Below are positions 19,151-27,816 of a stretch of DNA of 36,329 bases, one piece after another. The translations under genes and the position numbers were made by a program. How positions within the stretch are numbered: position 1 is the stretch's first letter; every line of letters starts with the position of its first letter. The DNA comes from a virus. Its lineage: Duplodnaviria; Heunggongvirae; Uroviricota; Caudoviricetes. A model generated the notes under the pieces. It ran no database searches. It saw nothing but the letters and a program-made list of their open reading frames with translations, and was not told the DNA's origin. The stretch is from IMG/VR virus record IMGVR_UViG_3300017766_004476, positions 76,413 to 112,741 of that record; one strand, 5' to 3'.

Positions 19151-19565
19151 TGAGCTTCTCTTTCACATAGGTGCTGATATATTTGACATCAATCCGAGTA
19201 TCATACTTCACCTTGATAAAATTAATAACTTTACCCATATCACGTGGTGATGCTGCGCCTGCTTCAACAATTGCCTGATCAACGATTTCAGGATACTTGT
19301 TGAGTTCAATCTTTTCAGGGAGAAGCCTTTCAAGAACTTCAATCATGAGATGTTCATTGTCGTGTGCGATTTTATTCTCAATCATCTCCTTGAGAACTTT
19401 AATTTCCTTTGCAGTTATTGCTTGACATTCATCAAAGGTAAGTTCACGAGCTTCACGCCCTTCAACTGCTTGAATGGCAGAGAGGACATATTGATAGGCT
19501 TTAACTCGAGTGGGATTGCGATCCTTACGAGCATTCTGAATATGAGTAAGAAGTTGTGTCTTCAT
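19131..19565 (-). CDS. GatB/YqeY domain protein
   Basis: A.K.R....  pattern at the N-terminus, VLERLLP, EAGAASPRDMGKVI...K...D...S..VKEKL. Confidence 0.85.
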   Translation of the reverse strand: MKTQLLTHIQNARKDRNPTRVKAYQYVLSAIQAVEGREARELTFDECQAITAKEIKVLKEMIENKIAHDNEHLMIEVLERLLPEKIELNKYPEIVDQAIVEAGAASPRDMGKVINFIKVKYDTRIDVKYISTYVKEKLNALKPS

Positions 19566-19774
19566 TTGTTGTAAATATGAATCGGATTAGAGCAGTTCCC
19601 TTTGTGAGTTACGGTTTGACTATAATTTCCACCCGTTGAGAGATATTCACATCCCTGATATTTAAATTGCGTTACCTCCCAACTGTTGATATATTCATTA
19701 GGTGAAGGCTTTACACGATCAGCTGGTTCACAACCCGTTAAACAGAGAGCGCACAAAATAAGAAATCGTTTCAT
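19562..19774 (-). CDS. small putative lipoprotein
   Basis: MKRFLILCALCLTGC lipobox-like signal. Confidence 0.65.
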   Translation of the reverse strand: MKRFLILCALCLTGCEPADRVKPSPNEYINSWEVTQFKYQGCEYLSTGGNYSQTVTHKGNCSNPIHIYNK

Positions 19775-19824
19775 ACAATGAATATATGAAACGATTGCTG
19801 TTAAATCAAATAGATTCTTAGATA

Positions 19825-20241
19825 TTATATACTATTAACCCCATATTTAGCATAAAGACCTCTATACTCCATAGCAGAGGGACCATTATCTCTATAGATG
19901 CCCTCCCAGTACACTAAATATGTATCTTTTCCAATGTATTTTTCGTATTCATTTTCTATATTCGTACCCCAAAGTATACCTCTATCTCGATCTTCTTTTA
20001 AAAACGCAATAGTAGCAAATGGTGTTAAAATTTCAAAAAATCTAACAATACCATTATTCCAATCTCTATACTCTATAGCTTCATCTCTTGTATAAAAGAT
20101 ATAACCATCAGCGAACTTAAAGGGTTGCCTACTAAGCTTGAATGGCGGTACTTCTCTATACGGGAGTGCCTGGAGAGCAGATGCAAAGGGTACGGTAGCA
20201 ATTGCGCCTATAAGAGTTTTGAGGAATGATTTGCGATTCAT
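19825..20241 (-). CDS. hypothetical exported protein with a Tat-like signal
   Basis: MNRKSFLKTLIGAIATVPFASALQA (R-K variant of the twin-arginine motif). Confidence 0.55.
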   Translation of the reverse strand: MNRKSFLKTLIGAIATVPFASALQALPYREVPPFKLSRQPFKFADGYIFYTRDEAIEYRDWNNGIVRFFEILTPFATIAFLKEDRDRGILWGTNIENEYEKYIGKDTYLVYWEGIYRDNGPSAMEYRGLYAKYGVNSI

Positions 20242-20432
20242 AGTGGAGAGTATTTTCCGAGAACATCAGGATCAGGAAGACTCGGTGCTTCAAGCATCCG
20301 ATTTAACTCTGCACATGTAGATTCGAGATCTTTAGGCGGGTTATTAGGATCAACAGAGATGTGGACAATGCGTCCTCCATCTTTTGCTAATTCTGTAACA
20401 TGTTGTTTAAACTTTTCTACTTCTGTGAGCAT
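20238..20432 (-). CDS. hypothetical protein
   Basis: 64-aa ORF directly downstream of the tmRNA. Confidence 0.55.
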   Translation of the reverse strand: MLTEVEKFKQHVTELAKDGGRIVHISVDPNNPPKDLESTCAELNRMLEAPSLPDPDVLGKYSPL

Positions 20433-20448
20433 ATGTAACTTGTGAAAT

Positions 20449-20874
20449 TGGTGGACCCGGCGAGAGTTGAACTCGCGTGCTAAACTTAATTCTACCTTAC
20501 ATTGTACAAGCTTATTCTGTTATTATACAATCACTGACTAGAACAGACACCACCCAGTAATCGTTTCCTAAAATTGGATAGAAAGAAACCAAATTAGTAA
20601 AGTGTTTCTAGCTTTCTAATGTTACAAGATTTACTTTATTAGAATCAAGTAGTCCCGGCGAAACAGCACTAGGCCATTACGACTTGAGGTTGAGCAACGA
20701 ATGCGCCCTTGATGCTGCGGACGAATCCTGCAACAGAGTTTGCAACGGTGACACCTGCATTATTTGCATTTTTAGCATTTAATTTTTTACCACGAGAGTT
20801 TTAACGAGGCCAACGTAGTCTCCTCGGCTTGTGGTCACGATATAATTACCTTTAGTCGAAACCAGTACGAGCCC
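20449..20874 (-). ncRNA. ssrA: transfer-messenger RNA
   Basis: 5' GGGCTCGTACTGGTTTCGAC; 3' GCGAG-TTCAACT-CTCGC-CGGGTCC-ACCA; G3-U70 alanine determinant; internal tag frame 20669-20776 after AAAAAATTAAAT. Confidence 0.93.
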
Positions 20875-20948
20875 ATAAATTGTAAAAGATCAAAATAAGA
20901 TAAATCTTATTAATGTGTGTAATATATATTATTTATCTAGGTATGCAA

Positions 20949-21548
20949 TTACTTTTTTAGTGAGAGTATGAACTGAATATTACTCTTGTTAGCAGTAGAG
21001 TCTTTTAGGGTGTCTTTACTGTTGGAGTAGTATGAGTCATACTTCTTAATAGAGAAAGGTTCAACCACGTTATCATGAAATATCTGGAGAGTATACTTAT
21101 TAGGCTCTTTTAATGCTGCATCTATAATTTTCTTCCAGAATGCTTTACCTTCGGTACTTTGATGCTGATCTGAAAAGATCTTCTTATATGCTGGTAAGAT
21201 ATGAGTGAACATAATATATCTCACTATACCGGGTACCTTATCAGGATCATTCCACACATACAAAGAAGTAAAGCCTATATTATTTTTAGGTACCCTTCCT
21301 TCAGTATATGCAACAATTTTTCTAGTTTCTCTATCAACTGCAAGATACCGCACTAAAGTATGATCACTCTTACGACTTAAATGCTGTAGAATTTCAATGG
21401 TGCGGTTGTTATATGTCAAATGTTCTATTGAACTAGAATATCGGAGAAGATCTTTATTTTGATCGTGGAGAACCTGCTTAGGAAAGCTAAAGTCTACAGA
21501 AAGCACGTGAGGCATTTCAGTAAGAAGATATTGTTTAAAGGATTCCAT
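20949..21548 (-). CDS. hypothetical protein, possibly GNAT-like
   Basis: 199 aa; N-terminal MESFKQYLLTE; C-terminal SDQHQSTEGKAFW; fold call is tentative. Confidence 0.55.
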   Translation of the reverse strand: MESFKQYLLTEMPHVLSVDFSFPKQVLHDQNKDLLRYSSSIEHLTYNNRTIEILQHLSRKSDHTLVRYLAVDRETRKIVAYTEGRVPKNNIGFTSLYVWNDPDKVPGIVRYIMFTHILPAYKKIFSDQHQSTEGKAFWKKIIDAALKEPNKYTLQIFHDNVVEPFSIKKYDSYYSNSKDTLKDSTANKSNIQFILSLKK

Positions 21549-21568
21549 TAATATTATTTATGGAATAG

Positions 21569-21640
21569 TGGCACGACGTGAGAGTGCTGCCCTCTCTAAG
21601 ACAAGTTTTGGAGACTCGTCAGTCTGCTGAGACCCGTCGT
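21569..21640 (-). tRNA. tRNA-Trp(CCA), short D arm, atypical T loop
   Basis: ACGACG/CGTCGT acceptor, CGAGT-CTCCAAA-ACTTG anticodon arm, GAGAG-GGCAGCA-CTCTC T arm, GCCA end. Confidence 0.75.
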
Positions 21641-21644
21641 ATTA

Positions 21645-22500
21645 TCGGCGTGAGAATACCGCTTGTTAGTTAGGTCTTTTATTCGATTATTACCTCCTTG
21701 CGAGAGGCTTTCCGAACTTTTCCACGCTTCACAGCGTATCCTAACAGTGCTGCCTTTTTTAGAGTGAGGCTTTAACACTCTTCATCATAACACCTTCAAC
21801 CGTCATTCTACCGCCAACCTTGCGAGCTGTTCGAGGGAATTACCCCCTACGTGCGAACTCAGATTAATCATCTCAGACCTTGCGAGTCTTCGACAACCTC
21901 AGTTACCCTTGCGAGCCTAAGGCTTAAGCACCTTCATGCTATGATAGGAACCGGCTTTGCGTTTTTGCTATTAGATTAATACAATTTAATTTTTTTGCAC
22001 TATACAGTGATGTGCGATTCCCTGCGTTTCATAACCTTTTGGATTACAAAATGCGCAACACCACATAACTTTCCCTTACGGGTACTCATCGATACTTTGA
22101 AATTCAGGGTATTGTAAAGCAGCACCCCTCTTTTCGCGTAATGATCGTAAGCTCTTACTTGTTATCGTTCGAACCCACTATCTGTGCTTTAGTCTTTAAC
22201 TTGCGATGTTTGGCATAAACTAGTGTTCTCGGCGCTACCGTTAGAAGTCTTATGGCACCAGCGTTGCCCATGCCTTAAAACCGTTTCTAATTCCATCTTC
22301 GAGTATAGCTCAACCTTTTGAGTTAAACTTACAAGACTTACACTTTGTATAAATGTCCTATTCGTTAAATAGGCGCGGAACTGTATAGAGTTCACGCTTT
22401 AAATACCCTTACGGATATCTATCTTATCCCTTGCTAAGCTACCACCTACCAAGAAACCCTCCTGCGAGGTAAGGATGTCATACCACCCTTAATATTTGAC
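21645..22500 (-). ncRNA. large structured ncRNA, GOLLD-like (boundaries approximate)
   Basis: About 850 nt without a credible ORF, higher GC than the genes; four exact CTCGCAAGG GNRA-hairpin cores (21696, 21818, 21878, 21907) plus CCGTAAGG hairpins near 22075 and 22408; runs straight into tRNA-Trp. Confidence 0.6.
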
Positions 22501-22600
22501 TTTCAATGATCGTTTTGTATCAATTATTTATGTTTAATCATATTTAATTGATGTGAATAATATAAATGATACCGAAAAGAATGCAACGGTCATTTATACT

Positions 22601-23725
22601 TTATTTGGCAAACCCGATTTGCTTTACATTACTGTTGTCATACCCATTATCATCGTGGGCACCATAAATTTCTGCAAGACTCATAGGCTGAGTAACGTTT
22701 ATACCCTCGATCTTATCATGATCAATCTTCCGCTGAGCATCCTCAATAGAGAGCTTGTCAAAGCGGTGTGTGTACTTCAACCGACCTTTACGGAAGATGG
22801 CTTGGTCTACATCTTTCACTTCTGCATTATAGGTGATAATGATAGACACATTTAATACTGATCCTAAGAATCCATCTGAAAGACTCAGAATCGTTGATAC
22901 AAATGACTGATTATCAGTAGCCCTTCTTAATACGGCCTTTTCTGCATCTTCGAATATTAACACTGCATTAGGCTTCTGAATAAGAAGCTTAATGAGCTGA
23001 GGGCTATCTAACTGCTCGATAATAGAATTCTGAATAAAGATAAAATCACGCTTAACATACTTGATAAGGTTCTTTATATAGGTAGTCTTACCGGTACCCG
23101 GAGGGCCTTCAAATATATAAATTCCTGATTGCTCTGTAGTAAGCTTCTTAACTATTGATTCATGTACAGTTGTGAAGCTTTTACCATAATTTATTTCTAT
23201 ATTAGTATCAGGAATTATCAGATCAAAATCCGCAAAATAGAGACTTTGATCTGATACAATCGTCGATACTTTAAACTCATACTTACAAGACTCACTTTGA
23301 ATCTTACGTAAGGTGTCTATTAAATCAGTGATGCCACTGTCATTAGCGAGAGATGTAGGGTAATAGATAGTAACTATCGAGACATATTTTTTATCGTCAG
23401 TATATGAGTGTATGTGTATAAACACTTTTACAGGGGTTAATTCTTCAATAGAAAGAATACCATACATTTGTTTGTTTGATGACTTTTCGGATGAGTGATA
23501 CCCTACATCTTTCCATATAATGTTTACGTTTAGACTTTTTAAGAAGTCTTGTACCTTCTGTTCATCTAATTTAGACACTGTAGTAGAAGAATATTCAACT
23601 CCTTCAGGCACTATGTGCTTTATAAAGAAATAATATTGAGCGTCTGCTATCTTATCAGGTAATGTAATCATGGTTTGTTGCTTGTGTTCTTTATGGTAAT
23701 CTCTTAAACGATATTGGTTAGCCAT
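22601..23725 (-). CDS. AAA+ family ATPase
   Basis: Walker A GPPGTGKT, Walker B LIFEDAE, ITYN sensor, RKGRL arginine finger. Confidence 0.9.
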   Translation of the reverse strand: MANQYRLRDYHKEHKQQTMITLPDKIADAQYYFFIKHIVPEGVEYSSTTVSKLDEQKVQDFLKSLNVNIIWKDVGYHSSEKSSNKQMYGILSIEELTPVKVFIHIHSYTDDKKYVSIVTIYYPTSLANDSGITDLIDTLRKIQSESCKYEFKVSTIVSDQSLYFADFDLIIPDTNIEINYGKSFTTVHESIVKKLTTEQSGIYIFEGPPGTGKTTYIKNLIKYVKRDFIFIQNSIIEQLDSPQLIKLLIQKPNAVLIFEDAEKAVLRRATDNQSFVSTILSLSDGFLGSVLNVSIIITYNAEVKDVDQAIFRKGRLKYTHRFDKLSIEDAQRKIDHDKIEGINVTQPMSLAEIYGAHDDNGYDNSNVKQIGFAK

Positions 23726-24024
23726 ATATTAAAATTTTTATCATACTCTCCTAATTGCTTCACGCCTAGCTCTTCTTTAGTGAGAGGTTTGTTGTGTTGT
23801 AGCCTAAAATGTATTTCTTCAAAGAATGCAGCTCCAAATGTTGTTGAAAATACGTAAGGTGCTTGAAATTTATTAAAGAAGTCTTGTTTCAAGTCTACAT
23901 ATGTCTGTGCAAAGTTTGAGGAGCGTTCCAATGCTTTACATGCTTCTGCACAGTATGCAACAATTGATTCTTTAGGGTATTTATTCATTTTGAAAAGGCA
24001 TTTCTTGTAATGTTTTCCATGCAT
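23704..24024 (-). CDS. hypothetical protein
   Basis: ORF in the run; the true start is probably the internal MNKYP. Confidence 0.55.
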   Translation of the reverse strand: MHGKHYKKCLFKMNKYPKESIVAYCAEACKALERSSNFAQTYVDLKQDFFNKFQAPYVFSTTFGAAFFEEIHFRLQHNKPLTKEELGVKQLGEYDKNFNIWLTNIV

Positions 24025-24268
24025 CGATTATTTGCTGAAGCTCTGTAAGACTAAAGTTACTAACACCTATAAAATTTAACACTGGTTCATCTGCTTTATA
24101 ATGAATAATGGGTGCATTATTGTTTAATGCAATATATCCAATAAATGATGCACCTCTAAAAATTTCGACCATGTGACGAACATGTTTTTTATTTTTGTAG
24201 TATTCAAATCGCAATGGATAACAAACTACATCGTCACCAAACACATTCCGCTTAATTTCAATACTCAT
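23981..24268 (-). CDS. hypothetical protein
   Basis: 95-aa ORF in the run. Confidence 0.6.
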   Translation of the reverse strand: MSIEIKRNVFGDDVVCYPLRFEYYKNKKHVRHMVEIFRGASFIGYIALNNNAPIIHYKADEPVLNFIGVSNFSLTELQQIIDAWKTLQEMPFQNE

Positions 24269-24269
24269 T

Positions 24270-24893
24270 TTAAAATGATGTTAGATGAGTACCTATAATT
24301 GCACCATCATAGCGCATTAGAACGTCTCGTTTATGTTTGATGTTTGATGCGAGATAAAGTTGTGGACGCTCTATATTTCTCCATTTTGTAAACAGTTCAT
24401 CTAGGGTAGTATATTCTACAGGATATTTGGATAAAAATAATTCAAAGAAGTCTGTTGTATTTCTGTTCTCTCCAGAGAGAAGGTTGCGTTGATTGATTAC
24501 CACAGCATCAACAGCACTAATAAGAGGCATTTTAAGATTTTCCTTAAACTCATCTAAAAAGAGCGGTTCATACCATACTTTACTAAGTGTAAGCCCTATA
24601 GGTACTCTTCCTACTGTTAATACATAATCTGCACCATACTCAGTAGCTTTCCAAAATTCCCAATCATTTAAGTGTAATCCTTTTGCAAGTATAGGCTTTT
24701 TTGTCTTTTTTCGAGCCTTTTCGAGCAATTTAAAGTCACCACCCCATATTGGGTTAGTATGTATCGAGATTATATCTCCCTTCTCTATAGCAATATCTAA
24801 AAGCTCATCAAATGACTTCTCACTCTTATATCCATAAGGTGACTGAGTCTTAACTTCTGCAATTAATTTGATACACTCGACGTAATTTTTCAT
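24270..24893 (-). CDS. TrpC-like (indole-3-glycerol phosphate synthase-like) TIM barrel, N-terminally shortened
   Basis: IAEVKTQSP, ISIHT, PILAK, GADYVL, WYEP, INQRNL, AIIG line up with the IGPS motifs. Confidence 0.7.
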   Translation of the reverse strand: MKNYVECIKLIAEVKTQSPYGYKSEKSFDELLDIAIEKGDIISIHTNPIWGGDFKLLEKARKKTKKPILAKGLHLNDWEFWKATEYGADYVLTVGRVPIGLTLSKVWYEPLFLDEFKENLKMPLISAVDAVVINQRNLLSGENRNTTDFFELFLSKYPVEYTTLDELFTKWRNIERPQLYLASNIKHKRDVLMRYDGAIIGTHLTSF

Positions 24894-24895
24894 AC

Positions 24896-25738
24896 TTAAC
24901 TATAGATTTCCCATTGTTGAGTGAACCCTGCAAAGCCATCACTCTTAGGATTAAAGAGTGTATAATTATCTCCATAATGATACAAGTACATTTTTTGTTT
25001 TAAATCATTAGGTAAAGTCTTAAGCTGATCATATGTTGCATGAACTGATCCCGGATTGAATAATTGAGTATCGTGGAACACTGCATCGAGATTCTTATTA
25101 CCCACATCATCAAAGAGACTTAAATCAAACCGTGTATCTCCGCTTACCATAATTCTACTATCAATTAACACTCCATTGCACCAGAATGATTTTTCCCAGC
25201 TCTCAGTAAATCCCGGAATGTGTGCAGTCCGGAAGATAGTCATCTGCATATCCATATCGAGAATATCAAATGTAAACATCTCACGCGGAGCTTTTTTAAC
25301 CCACTCAGGACGAATCACCTCAAAGTAATCAGTAAATTTGAGAAGACCTTCTTCAGTATATGCCATACTGCCTGCAAGAGAACTATCCCACAGCTGTCTC
25401 TGATATGTTTCAGTTATGAGCATCTTCGGCTTTGTTTTATGAACATAGCGTCCCATAAAGCCGAGTTCCTCAACTCCACCCATATGATCTGCATGGCTGT
25501 GGGTAATATGATAGTAGTCAAACTCATGCAATCCAATTCCCTTACTATGAAGAGCCATAGGAATTGTCGTACCTATATCTACTAGAAGAGATTTGCCATT
25601 CTTGCAGATGAAGAATGAGGATTGATTATTCTTCTTTGCAAAGGCTGAGCCTACACCAATAAAGGTGATATTCGGTTTCTTCTCATTCACTGAGAGTTGT
25701 TTTGCAAATGCAAGAGGGTTGCAGGTTGAGATATTCAT
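24896..25738 (-). CDS. metallo-beta-lactamase-fold phosphodiesterase, Apyc1 (anti-Pycsar)-like
   Basis: GVGSAFAKK, THSHADHMGGVEE, LWDSSL.G, DYF, GDTRFD, VFHDTQ, VHA, LYHYGDN. Confidence 0.75.
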   Translation of the reverse strand: MNISTCNPLAFAKQLSVNEKKPNITFIGVGSAFAKKNNQSSFFICKNGKSLLVDIGTTIPMALHSKGIGLHEFDYYHITHSHADHMGGVEELGFMGRYVHKTKPKMLITETYQRQLWDSSLAGSMAYTEEGLLKFTDYFEVIRPEWVKKAPREMFTFDILDMDMQMTIFRTAHIPGFTESWEKSFWCNGVLIDSRIMVSGDTRFDLSLFDDVGNKNLDAVFHDTQLFNPGSVHATYDQLKTLPNDLKQKMYLYHYGDNYTLFNPKSDGFAGFTQQWEIYS

Positions 25739-25741
25739 ATA

Positions 25742-26146
25742 TTATTTGGGAGAGGGGTAGTAACAATAAACTTTTTGAATTAATTTCACTTGAGGCTTAG
25801 TGATGGTAATGAGGGATATTTGCTCTCGAGGAATATAAACACCATTATCCATATTTAGAATAGGATCCTTAAGCCAGTTTCTAAAATAGTCAATAGCCTC
25901 GTAGCGTCTGATGTTAAGTTCAAAATCACCACCAAATATACCGGTACTATCTACACATATAGGTTTATTCCCATCTCTTACCCAAGACTCGAAGGTTCGA
26001 GTAAAGTGATCAACTGTTTTGGTTTGATGGTTCCAAACTTGAACAGTAGCAATTACATTAAAGGTCTCCCAGACTTCATCTTCTATGACATAATCAGATT
26101 TAAAGGGTCCGAATGCCCATATGCGTAATTGTTTAAGCCAGCTCAT
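25742..26146 (-). CDS. hypothetical protein
   Basis: 134-aa ORF upstream of the MBL gene. Confidence 0.6.
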   Translation of the reverse strand: MSWLKQLRIWAFGPFKSDYVIEDEVWETFNVIATVQVWNHQTKTVDHFTRTFESWVRDGNKPICVDSTGIFGGDFELNIRRYEAIDYFRNWLKDPILNMDNGVYIPREQISLITITKPQVKLIQKVYCYYPSPK

Positions 26147-26282
26147 ATATCATTGAATGTATGATATATTACCAATAAGTGCAACAGGTTTTATCTTTGT
26201 TCTAAATAAGTTTTAATTAATACACTGTGTTATTATTAAAACTCTATTAGGCCCGTTTAGAACAAGGGATACACAGGGAGAA

Positions 26283-26801
26283 TTAAGGGCTCTTTTGTGA
26301 TTTGACAAACGCATCAACTACTTTGTTAATGTGCTCAACAACTTTATCATCGCAAATTTGCTGTACTTGGGGGTGGTGGAGGTCATGATGAAGATGCAGC
26401 CATTCATGAGCAACGGTGGTACCGAAGAGAACTATAGGTATATAATTATTGGTATTTACGGGATAGACACTCGGACTAACAAGTACTGTACGGAAGTGCT
26501 TACTCTTATCCATATTAATAGTAATAGCGGCTAGATCTGAAGGAAGATTAGTAGCCCAATAATAATAGGTAAAATCGACATTGAAATCCATGTCGGTAAT
26601 AGTTGATACGTAGGATAAGCCTATGAGGGCTATTTGTGTTTGTTCTTTTGTAAACTGAGGACCTAAGACTATCTTATTGGTGTAAGATATGCCATCTACT
26701 TCGAGCTGCCGGGATATGAATTTGACGGGGCTATTAGAAATGCACGAAAATAATAGAGTTGCGCAGATAAGATAAAGGAATACTCGCGTTGCAACTCTCA
26801 T
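26283..26801 (-). CDS. putative lipoprotein with an HEXXH metallopeptidase motif
   Basis: Signal ending LLFSC; TTVAHEWLHLHHDLHH. Confidence 0.6.
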   Translation of the reverse strand: MRVATRVFLYLICATLLFSCISNSPVKFISRQLEVDGISYTNKIVLGPQFTKEQTQIALIGLSYVSTITDMDFNVDFTYYYWATNLPSDLAAITINMDKSKHFRTVLVSPSVYPVNTNNYIPIVLFGTTVAHEWLHLHHDLHHPQVQQICDDKVVEHINKVVDAFVKSQKSP

Positions 26802-26802
26802 G

Positions 26803-26878
26803 GGTACCCGAGAGAGGATTTGAACCTCTAACCGTTTCGTTCGTAGCGAAGTGCTCTATCCAGTTGAGCTACACGGGC
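26803..26878 (-). tRNA. tRNA-Arg(ACG)
   Basis: Full cloverleaf, loop CTACGAA, TTCAAAT T loop. Confidence 0.9.
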
Positions 26879-26885
26879 AATGTGT

Positions 26886-27239
26886 TTAATTTCCTTGTAA
26901 ATAACTATTTACTAACTCAATACCTTTAGTATTTGACCATTCTAATACTTCAGGAAAGCTGTTGAAGGTTTTTCCGATATTATATGCATTACCAGAATTA
27001 CCAATATCGAGATACCAAACGTATTTTTGAGTAAACTTATCTGCAAACAGAATATGAATTGTAGGCCAAGTAGTATTTTCGATATTTTTGCTATATACTT
27101 TACCATTTTCAAGCTGATAACCTAAATCGAGAAGTGTGGTATGCTCTTTATAGTCAAGAGCATGTCCATGCTTAAAGTATTGAAGTACTAATGCACTAAT
27201 ATTACTAACTTCATCCGCTATTGAAATAGACTTATCCAT
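26886..27239 (-). CDS. hypothetical protein
   Basis: 117-aa ORF between tRNA genes. Confidence 0.6.
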   Translation of the reverse strand: MDKSISIADEVSNISALVLQYFKHGHALDYKEHTTLLDLGYQLENGKVYSKNIENTTWPTIHILFADKFTQKYVWYLDIGNSGNAYNIGKTFNSFPEVLEWSNTKGIELVNSYLQGN

Positions 27240-27246
27240 ATTATTC

Positions 27247-27317
27247 GGTAGCTGCCCTGAGTTACGCTCTCAGCTCAAAATCCTTATGAGAGATTCCGGT
27301 TCACTAGAACTGCAGCC
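27247..27317 (-). tRNA. tRNA(CAT) (Met or Ile2), short D arm, overlapping the 3' end of the upstream CDS
   Basis: GGCTGC/GCAGCT acceptor, GTTC/GAAC D stem, AATCT-CTCATAA-GGATT, CTGAG-AGCGTAA-CTCAG, ACC end. Confidence 0.65.
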
Positions 27318-27815
27318 ATTCTGTTCATTATTATTTATGTAATTGAATAAATTGTAAACAGGTATTTTTAAAGATTCAGCAATCCGTATTGCTTGTCCCG
27401 TACCGCCTGATGCTTTACCATCTTTAGTATAGCATACTACAAACTTTACCGGAGTATTTAAATCTCTACCTAAAACTTGATAAACATTACGCGTATGCAG
27501 TTTACGTGCTGCATGAGTTAAATAGTTCCAATGTGGGTGATGTTGCTCTGCAATTTGTTCTGCATCAGCTACATTCCCTAGATTATCAAGATATAAGGAC
27601 GATGGATTTTTATTAAATCCTCTCCAAGGAAGGTAGATTTCTTTTAATCCAGCATGCTCTATACAGTGTGTTTCAAAAACTTTATCACATCCATCTGCAC
27701 CGCCTGATCTAAGCGTCCATCCTTTAGTTGCAAGTACCTTTGCGATACCTTCAATCATAATAAAGACCTTTTTGTGGTCAATATCACGAGTACCTATACC
27801 TGCATAATAGTTCAT
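27270..27815 (-). CDS. SLOG/DprA-like Rossmann-fold protein
   Basis: YAGIGTR, LRSGGADGCD, EIYLPW, RNVYQVLG, GGTGQAIRIA....IPVYNL. Confidence 0.8.
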   Translation of the reverse strand: MNYYAGIGTRDIDHKKVFIMIEGIAKVLATKGWTLRSGGADGCDKVFETHCIEHAGLKEIYLPWRGFNKNPSSLYLDNLGNVADAEQIAEQHHPHWNYLTHAARKLHTRNVYQVLGRDLNTPVKFVVCYTKDGKASGGTGQAIRIAESLKIPVYNLFNYINNNEQNGCSSSEPESLIRILS

Positions 27816-27816
27816 T

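Noticed and set aside
21696-21915. CRISPR array interpretation of the CCTTGCGAG repeats
   Set aside because: Repeats are only 9 nt, irregularly spaced, embedded in different helices, and no cas genes are present
21596-22395. Minus-strand ORFs 21596-21778 and 22189-22395
   Set aside because: Short, featureless, and overlapping tRNA-Trp or the hairpin-rich ncRNA region
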